Below the pieces are notes generated by a model. The model did no database searches and was not told where the DNA came from. It worked only from the letters and a program-made list of their open reading frames with translations. The translations under genes were made by a program, and so were the position numbers. Shown here in pieces: positions 56,754-64,000 of a stretch of DNA of 64,000 nucleotides. Numbering within the stretch: position 1 is the stretch's first letter; each line of letters begins with the position of its first letter. The DNA is from Balanoglossus misakiensis (taxonomy: Eukaryota; Animalia; Hemichordata), in NCBI GenBank assembly GCA_040954595.2, contig CM082587.2:1263500-1327499 (forward strand). Direction: 5' to 3'.

Positions 56754-58616
56754 CTATTTAAAAAACAACAACAACAAAAAGAAAAGTTAGGACTCCAAAA
56801 TGTATCACCAGATAAAAGGCATTCTGTACATGAACTACACATCAATAGCTGATTACTGTAACACTTATGAACATCATATGAACACAAGTGGCTTTAAAGT
56901 AGTCTGTCAAGAGACTGAGTATGAGTCTTACCTAATAACTGGATCTGGTTTTCCAGGAAATTCTTGGTACATTTTTCATAGTTCTTGATTTGTTGTAGAT
57001 TTTGATCAATGTAATCCACCTTTGGAAGAAGAAGTCACAACATATATTTCAAAGCAGTTTGTAAATTATCATCGCTCACTCAGGAAACCAAACATCAACA
57101 TAATATACAAGATAGGATGCACAGCTACCATTGGCTTTCAAACATGCAACTGAGATGAACTGACCAATCATACGGAGGCTTACTTGTAATGGTAGCTTGA
57201 GAGTGGCATCACTGACCCAGTCGCTGATCTGAGTTAGATCAGGCAGATTACTTAGCAGTTTCCTGTGTGCTGTACTCAGCTCAGCCTTTGCTGGGTCACT
57301 CAGCTTGTCCTCAGAAACAGAGCTACATGTTGAGAGAGAAAACTGGACATTACTACACTGATCAAGTATTTGAATTTTGTTTTGTTGGTCATCATTTCTT
57401 TGCCACAGCATCACTATCATATAACATCACCCCACTTACCTTTTTGCTCTATCTGCTAACTCAGAATGTATGGCCAGCAATTTATCCCATTCCTCACTTT
57501 CTTTGTGTAGCTTCTCCATGTACCCGGCACTTGCATGGATGGCTTCTTCCATCTGCACATTCCAGGGATTTGGCAACTCTCTGCAAATTTTATGAAATGT
57601 TTTATTTTGTGGTTAGGTTTCTACTTTGATGACTTTCCACCAGTAGTTGATCATCAACAAGGATTTCCATGAGTGGTTTCAAATGCCAGGACTTCCCAGG
57701 ATCTTTGAGAACCCCACAGCGAGACAGATGGACAGAGATAGACAGGCAAACAGACAAGACCTAGAGCACAAAAAGAGAGTACCGTAATTCTTACTTGTTG
57801 CATCCACAAGCTTTTTGTAAGAGACCTTCTTTCTTGATCTGTTCCAAACTCTTCTTGCACGAGCCTAGTACTGCATCTTTGAGATCAGACATTGACTCCA
57901 AAAGAGGAAGCTCATCTTCCAGCCTTCTAAAAGCATGCTACAAAAGAAAAGACTTTGAGATTACACCAGGAGCAACCAACCAACAAACAAACATACTCAA
58001 GAGACAGAAAGACTAAGATAGTTACAGCTTTGGACATACTAACCTCAGTTGCAAGCACATGCAACTTTGACAGTCTTTCTTCTGCAGGAAGTTCAGTTGA
58101 AATTGATTTGTGAATTTCTATAACAAATGTAAATAAAAAAGACATATAAAAAGGTCATTGTCAATGACAAAGTCCAAGCTGAATCAAAGTGACCTTCTTT
58201 CATACATGCATTCCTAGTCCCAGAGTTACAAAAGCTAGTCAGTGCAGGCTGCAGCATAATTTTGTTTTCTTTACCTGTCGAGTTGACATCTGCTGCACCC
58301 AAAGATTTTCTGCTCCTCCCTCGGACAAAACTTGATCGTCTTCTTTTCTCATCCCTCTTTCCAACTGCATCTTCAGATTTTCTTCTGTTGACATAAAAAT
58401 GTGTAATCACAAGGTCATCTAATGTTCACTCGATGTGTAAACCAAGACTATTTCACTATAAGAAAAGTTCCATCAACGATCACCGACCCCTCAACGTGTA
58501 CATTGCTTTCAGTGTCGTGTGAGCGAGCATCATGTCGCGATCTAACAGAGAAAATGTGTATTGGGTACAAACTTTTTAGTGCGACTGGAACTTCGTAAAG
58601 TTGTTGTGTCCGCCAT
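56680..58616 (-). CDS. DSN1: DSN1/Mis13-like MIS12-complex kinetochore protein; 8 coding exons, 813 nt, 270 aa
   Basis: Exons in transcript order: 58616-58573, 58384-58275, 58117-58044, 57937-57795, 57580-57440, 57322-57184, 57019-56932, 56753-56680. All introns GT-AG; phases join into one frame. Motifs are colinear with DSN1: RRRSS...RKSL basic motif, IHKSISTELPAEERL (human LSRSISVDLAESKRL), GLLQK, LPNPxN, E..EWDKLL, C-terminal DPKELM. Family call is by recalled motif similarity. Confidence 0.85.
56932..57019 (-). CDS. DSN1: DSN1-like exon 7
   Basis: VDYIDQNLQQIKNYEKCTKNFLENQIQLL; acceptor ttccaaag, donor GTAAGA. Confidence 0.83.
57184..57322 (-). CDS. DSN1: DSN1-like exon 6
   Basis: LSTAHRKLLSNLPDLTQI...LKLPLQ; acceptor atgtag, donor GTAAGC. 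Confidence 0.83.
57440..57580 (-). CDS. DSN1: DSN1-like exon 5
   Basis: ELPNPWNVQMEEAI...KLHKESEEWDKLL; acceptor ttgcag, donor GTAAGT. Confidence 0.87.
57795..57937 (-). CDS. DSN1: DSN1-like exon 4
   Basis: HAFRRLEDELPLL...EQIKKEGLLQKAC; acceptor tttgtag, donor GTAAGA. Confidence 0.85.
58044..58117 (-). CDS. DSN1: DSN1-like exon 3
   Basis: EIHKSISTELPAEERLSKLHVLATE; acceptor tatag, donor GTTAGT. Confidence 0.85.
58275..58384 (-). CDS. DSN1: DSN1-like exon 2 (basic Aurora-B-site motif)
   Basis: RKSEDAVGKRDEKRRRSSFVRGRSRKSLGAADVNST; acceptor caacag, donor GTAAAG. Confidence 0.85.
58573..58616 (-). CDS. DSN1: DSN1-like exon 1
   Basis: aaatATGGCG context; MADTTTLRSSSRTK, donor AA|GTTTGT; phase 2 matches exon 2. 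Confidence 0.7.
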
Positions 58617-59202
58617 ATTTGATTCTCGCGCCACCAACGGGCCAGCAAGATTATGACAAGGTTGGGAGGAAACAGACAAACTTTAATCTCATGAAGAAGA
58701 TGCAGCAATTAACTCTTTTATTGTCTTACACATCAATAACATATCTCCAATGCTTGAAATGTTTTATGGGATTCTCGTTATGTAGGAACTTTTGCACCTT
58801 GCACTTGCAATCTCGATAAACAAACACCTACACGAAATGGACGAATCCAAAACAACTTGCGAGAAATCGCGATACTTTGTGTGACCCGCTAACCCGGAAG
58901 TGAAACTTGACAAGGGGGTTTCCGCATTTCTGAAAGTAACTTGTGTTGTGGTGTTTTTGTGTATTCCGACTGTCAAATGAGTGAGGAAGTAAACAACAAT
59001 CACTGAAGGATGTGAAACACTCGAGTCGTTCCCAATTTCGTGTTACAAAGTCGGGAATATTACGGTTTGTGAATGAAACAGAAGTCGCACTGTGGTCGTG
59101 ACTCACTCTGATTGGAAATTTACCTGGGGAAAAAATTGATACGTAGTACATGTGTGCCGAATAACTCTGTTCCCAGTGTGTCAACATCTTTCTTCATCCA
59201 CC
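58617..59202. promoter_or_regulatory. Bidirectional DSN1 / MVB12 promoter
   Basis: 586 bp between divergent ATGs, CpG-richer than the flanks. E2F-like TTCTCGCGCCA (58623-58633), ETS CCGGAAGTG (58894-58902), inverted CCAAT (59108-59115). Confidence 0.75.
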
Positions 59203-59310
59203 ATGTCATTTAACGTGAACAGTATGAGAACTGCCTTGACGGCGGATTATCCAATCACTGGCATGTGTATTGTGGCCGATAAAAACAGATGTCCTGATGG
59301 GTATGAGCTG
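59203..59310 (+). CDS. MVB12: MVB12 exon 1
   Basis: caccATG; ...YPITGMCIVADKNRCPDGYEL; donor GTATGT. Confidence 0.9.
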
Positions 59311-61246
59311 GTATGTTGAAGTTTTCTCACTACATGTGTACACATACATTTATTGCTGAGGGCGAATTGTATTTTTGACCAATCTGAAGAATAGCCAATG
59401 GTGGAGACACTATCATTTCCCAACAATTCTAAAAAAGGGATGTGATTATGAAAACCATTCACAGGTAGAATTGCAGTTCCGAGAAGCTGCAGCCTGCTGA
59501 TAAATAATGTTAATCAAATGTCAATAATTATAAACCCTTATATTCCTATTTCAGCTTGCGAAAACTGTGGAAGGAACTGATGCTGATTTGTGGAGAGACT
59601 CTTTCTTTGGTCGGAAAACACCAAGATATTTCTGTTTTACCAGGTTATTTCCACTGGCTGACGTAAGCAACATGGTGTTTTGTTTGGGTTCATATGTATT
59701 TAGTCATTGAACATTGTTCTGCTAACTTGATACATCACTGGAGATTTATGCTCACTGTTCTCTGAAATATTTCACTACAATACCCATCTGTCAATCTTTT
59801 TACAGGGTAAAATTAATAACGTTCTTGCTGATATGGCACTGATGGGTCCAGATGATCCTCCACCACCAGGTTGGTCCAGTATTCAAACAACCTTAGATAC
59901 AGGTAAGTACTGATATAACTAGACTCTCTCATAGTTCCAAGTTTGTTTTCTATGGTAAGGTTGGACCTCAACAAGGGAATTGGGGGTGAAAGGGTTTAAC
60001 ATAAATATCATAGATACTTGAGAGTCTCTGACTGCAAAACTAACTTGTATAACTCTCCCCTTTCTTCTTTGCAGCGGAACCTGTTCTGAAGAAAAGACAA
60101 CTCTGTGTTCGGATGTTATCCAGAGAGACTACCCAAGCAGCAGTCTGTGACATACTGTTACTTGCCAAGGCCAAGAGGGCACCAGCAGGGTACACCCTGA
60201 TTGGGTAGGTCAAGTCACATGGTGTTTCACTGTTAACCTATTACATGACAAAAGTTAATGGCATTGCAATTTCTGAGAATAATCTTACTTCACTTTCTCC
60301 CCATTGATGTATATGTACAGTGAATTGAACGGCATGCTGATTTGTTTGAAGCTTGGTCCAATACCACACCAGCAACGACAACAACAACAACAAGCACCCA
60401 ACCAACAACAACAAGTGCAGCAACCACAATCCCTGATCAGCATGCCTCCTTCATATCTTTCCATGCCACCAACATATTCTATGGATCAGTAAGTTTTATT
60501 GGTTGTCACCTGTATACTGTTCATTGGATTAAGTGCTCTGGGTGTGAAATTCTGGTTCAAAGTATAGGCTGATGTATTCATTGCTTGCCATGTAAAATAC
60601 CTTATTTTGATGTTTTTCCACAGACAAAGTAATCCATCAGGCTCGCCACCAAGCAATCTGCCATATTCTCATCCCATTCGTGGACAGGCTTCAGCTACAA
60701 TGCCAAGGACAACATCTCAAGTTCAAAGGTCACAAGATCTCCCAGGGCAACAGGCAACCCCATTTGGTAAGTGTCTCAAGAGACCCAGCGATTGAAAGAA
60801 TAAACAGTGTTTAATTTGAAAGTATTTTATCATCCTAAAATTTCCTTTCCTCTTTTTTCATGGCAGGTATTGAAGGTGTTCCGTTTGATCTGAATAAAAA
60901 GCTCAGCTCCATGCAGACACTAACTCATGTAAGTAGAAACTGGACACATGATTTCAGATACTTTTGCATGTTTTTGACAACGCATTGGGGAAAATGATAC
61001 AATTTTACATAACCTTGGCTTGTGGTTTTTGTACTCTGTACTTCAAATTAATAAACAGAAAACCAACTCTGTTACTATAATTGCAGGTTGGATAGTGTTT
61101 TTCATTTGTACACAAGTATTAAAACATTATCATGTGTTTTACAGGTGGAAGTCCCTGAAGTGTCCTTTATTTCAGAAGTGGAAATCAACAACCAATACCA
61201 ATATGACTTCAAAACAGAGAAGCAAGCCGTACAACGGATCTCCTAG
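59203..61246 (+). CDS. MVB12: MVB12 (FAM125) ESCRT-I subunit, MABP + UMA domains; 8 coding exons, 918 nt, 305 aa
   Basis: Exons 59203-59310, 59555-59662, 59806-59902, 60075-60204, 60321-60488, 60624-60766, 60867-60928, 61145-61246, all GT-AG and in frame. PITGMCIVADKNRCPDGY, DADLWRDSFF, RYFCFTR, KKRQLC (MABP) and GIEGVPF...YQYDFKTE (UMA) match MVB12B. Confidence 0.95.
59555..59662 (+). CDS. MVB12: MVB12 exon 2
   Basis: LAKTVEGTDADLWRDSFFGRKTPRYFCFTR; donor GTAAGC. Confidence 0.94.
59806..59902 (+). CDS. MVB12: MVB12 exon 3
   Basis: NNVLADMALM...PPGWSSIQTTLDT; donor GTAAGT. Confidence 0.93.
59944..59994. mobile_element. Partial second copy of the same MITE (right half)
   Basis: TATGGTAAGGTTGGACCTC...GGAAyTGGGGGTGAAAGGG is shared with about 29988-30031; left TIR not recognisable. 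Confidence 0.75.
60075..60204 (+). CDS. MVB12: MVB12 exon 4
   Basis: VLKKRQLCVRM...AAVCDI...APAGYTLIG; donor GTAGGT. Confidence 0.94.
60321..60488 (+). CDS. MVB12: MVB12 exon 5
   Basis: ELNGMLICLKLGPIP followed by a Q-rich linker and PPSY/PPTY; donor GTAAGT. Confidence 0.92.
60624..60766 (+). CDS. MVB12: MVB12 exon 6 (P/S/Q-rich linker)
   Basis: Acceptor ccacag, donor GTAAGT; phase 2 to phase 1 is required to join exons 5 and 7. Confidence 0.87.
60867..60928 (+). CDS. MVB12: MVB12 exon 7 (UMA start)
   Basis: GIEGVPFDLNKKL; donor GTAAGT. Confidence 0.92.
61145..61246 (+). CDS. MVB12: MVB12 last coding exon (UMA)
   Basis: VPEVSFISEVEINNQYQYDFKTEKQAVQRIS*. Confidence 0.92.
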   Translation: MEVPEVSFISEVEINNQYQYDFKTEKQAVQRIS

Positions 61247-61305
61247 TCATCAAAACAGTCATTTCAGTCGATGTCTAGTGAATATAGAGTACTCCAGTAA
61301 TAATT

Positions 61306-61311
61306 AATAAA
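61306..61311 (+). terminator. Candidate MVB12 polyadenylation signal (alternative at 61837-61842)
   Basis: AATAAA 60 nt after the stop codon; usage unknown. Confidence 0.4.
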
Positions 61312-63791
61312 TCATGACTTATGTACAACTTACAAGTAGCGATTTTCAGATAGCCTGAAACACTTTCACTTTTCGCATTAATATTTCAAGGCATCACTAT
61401 AAAGCATTTAGTTTAATGATTTGAATGTGACAGCAGCAATTGTTGATATGATTGATGGAAATCTTTGTATATTTTCAGTGGACATTACATGCAAACAATC
61501 AGAACATAAGTACACATACTTTAATTTATTTAAGTTAACTTCTCAGATCGTAGTTTGGATGTTTATCAGCAGACGTACAAGAGTAGATTTCACATAATTT
61601 AGAAATTAGCACGCATTCAACAGCGCCCTCTATAAGTGTGCAAAATAATTCTGCTGTTTAAACACTAAGCGTTGGTCATGGAAATTGGCAGTCTTTGCAA
61701 CTCATGCATGCTAGAAATCATAGCAGAAAAAGTTGTATAATACTTTTATTAAACTATTTTTGAAGTTTTAATCCAATTATTTAAATAGAGATAGGTTACT
61801 GTACTGCACTGTACTGTACAGAAATTTTATTTCATAAATAAAAGAATCTCTTGCTTAAATAGTTTTCTAGATGTTTTGTCATACATGTACTAGTATTTAC
61901 TCAGTTGAAGAAGCACAATCATTTGTATGACTATAAGTAGTTACTGTAAGACTGAATCATTTCAGGAGAATACCAAGTGGCATATCTAGTCTCCGGTAAC
62001 AGTATGAACCCTTGTGATTAGATATATAGTGATCTATGGACGTGGAGGGATTACAAGTCATTGTTTATAATGTTTGTACTAGGCAGGTGTGGAAAACACC
62101 ATGCACGCTATGACCCGCCAATTACCCCTTTCTCACGTGCCGTCAACGCCGCCCCAGCTGGGGTGCTAGGGCGGCGTTAATTTGTAAGTGCCACGTGTGA
62201 AAAGGTGAGAGCGGCCCTGCGCTGCTCTTTTTTTGTGACGGTGTTGAGGGGTGGGACCTGGGTCGGGGCGCCGCACTAAACAGCGATTCAAATCACGTGT
62301 GAACAGAAACACCGCACTAAACGCCGATCTAAACGCACTCTGCTGACGCGGTTTGAGGGGATACAAGTGGCAGTTTCTAATGAGCTTGCATGTAAAATTA
62401 CCCCTCTGAAAAGAGCGATGTTTAGCACCTTGCTTAGTCAACGGTCAATTTGCCTTGTTGCTGATGGTCATCAGTAAAATGAGGAGCCCCAAAACCTACA
62501 GGCAAAGCCTTGAGGTAGTCGGAACTTACTGCAGCTGGGGCTCTGCTGAAAAAATTGAGACGCCCAGTGGAAGTGGTAGTGAAACTTGTAGCAAAGTTCA
62601 TGGTGATAATTGCTAGGCAACTAGGTCTTGCCATTGTCTGGCTAAAAATACATCCCTGTGCGTGAATAAATTAAAAACGTCTTTGTCCCAAGGGACCAAC
62701 TCAAAGCGTTCCCACATCCCGGTATGCTTTTACTACTAGCATGGAGTCATGCTACTAGTATTTTACGCACTGGTTTCAAAGCTGTAAGACTCACAGGCGG
62801 TACCGTAGAAGCGCTTATACTTATAGGATGACTGTACAAAAACTGGAAAAGTGTGGATTTTCTCGGATCTTCCATTTATTTGATGTGGAACAACAAATGG
62901 GACAAGTGGCGAAATGTGTCCTTGATTTTCAATGGCACCATGAAGCCTATTTGAACCTAATTTGCATAAATGTCCGAGGGGGTCCTTCTGGCACTTTGAC
63001 TCATTTTTACCCCCATTGTTTCATCTTTTTGTAAAGAATAATTATTTTTTCCTGGTCGAACCCGAAGGATAGATTACGGTATACGCTGTTTGGGTATAAG
63101 TCCAGAGCTACATATACAGTAAACACATCACTGAATCCGCCATTGTGACCTTTAGCCACTCTGCTGTGGATGCATTGAGTGCGGTGATCCCGTCCCTTTT
63201 ATACACATGTGAATGCAAAACTATTTGAGTCGCTGATAAGAAATGTTTGCCAACTTTTATAATCCCGAAAAGGGCGCCCTAATCATTTCACGTGAGAAAG
63301 CCCTTAATGACCTTGGTTTGAAATAACCAGTCTCTGGTTGAGTCTGGCTCCTGTTTACTATCAGCTAAAGATGTCCTGATCTTGCTGAGATCCGGATCAT
63401 AGCAGCCTGTGGTGATTGTTGGCGATGTACCTTTCCCATTTTACAGTGTTCACCATCTTGACAGTTCACTTAATGGAGGGCTGAAATGTTTTTCATGCTT
63501 TTAGTTTTACTCTCCCGTTATTTCATAACACAAGGGAAAATATGCGGAATCAAACTGTAAACATTCAATGGGATATGTATTGGCAATTGGAGTCTTGAAG
63601 AGATGGGATATCTATCCCCCGTCAGTAATCTCCAAACACCTGTGGTCCAAGACAGACACGCCTCCTTTCTTCAAGGATATCCGTGATCCTGGTGCGTGTA
63701 TATTCCGCAAGAAGGATATAAGCTCGGTCGTTTTAGCTGACATTCGTGATGATGGAAACAGAAGAATCACAAACTATATTTAAAGCCGATC

Positions 63792-63794
<3 letters not shown>

Positions 63795-63824
<30 letters not shown>

Positions 63825-63842
63825 CCTCGGAGAGAGAGAGAG
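63795..63842. repeat. Interrupted (GA)n microsatellite
   Basis: Direct reading. Confidence 0.92.
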
Positions 63843-64000
63843 CTTCCATTGTTGAGTCAAGAGCACCCTCTTCTTTTTGATCTGTCATAAGAAAATCGTA
63901 AAACAGACAAAAACCATAACAATTGCTAAACTTGACTGACACTCAAGAACATATGCGTAAAAAGATTTTTTCAATTGTCACAAAATTGTATGCGACTGTA

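Noticed and set aside
62732-62761. 12/13-bp stem-loop
   Set aside because: Too short for a pre-miRNA and no Helitron or terminator context.
63568-63783. 71-aa ORF near the right edge
   Set aside because: No recognisable family (not LMX1-like) and no convincing splice framework.

Overview
Eukaryotic, AT-rich, intron-containing animal DNA, probably an invertebrate deuterostome (inferred from protein similarity and exon structure, not provable here). Four spliced genes can be assembled by hand with GT-AG introns and consistent phases. (1) The first two coding exons of a PBX/extradenticle TALE-homeobox gene on the minus strand; its second intron fills the left 24 kb and runs off the window. (2) A complete 10-exon MAPKAP1/SIN1 (mTORC2 subunit, 510 aa) on the plus strand, head-to-head with PBX (ATGs about 1.95 kb apart). 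(3) A complete 8-exon DSN1/Mis13-like kinetochore gene (270 aa) on the minus strand, almost invisible in the ORF track. (4) A complete 8-exon MVB12 (ESCRT-I, MABP+UMA domains, 305 aa) on the plus strand, head-to-head with DSN1. PBX-MAPKAP1-MVB12 linkage mirrors human 9q33.3. The most unusual sequence-level signal is a run of perfect nuclear-receptor-type DR1 repeats (RGKTCA-N-RGKTCA) in or beside exons of the three housekeeping genes, including over two stop codons. Also present: a piggyBac-type MITE family, a hairpin minisatellite, an AGGTCA minisatellite and microsatellites. No tRNA, rRNA or CRISPR feature was recognised; most ORF-track entries are spurious intronic ORFs.
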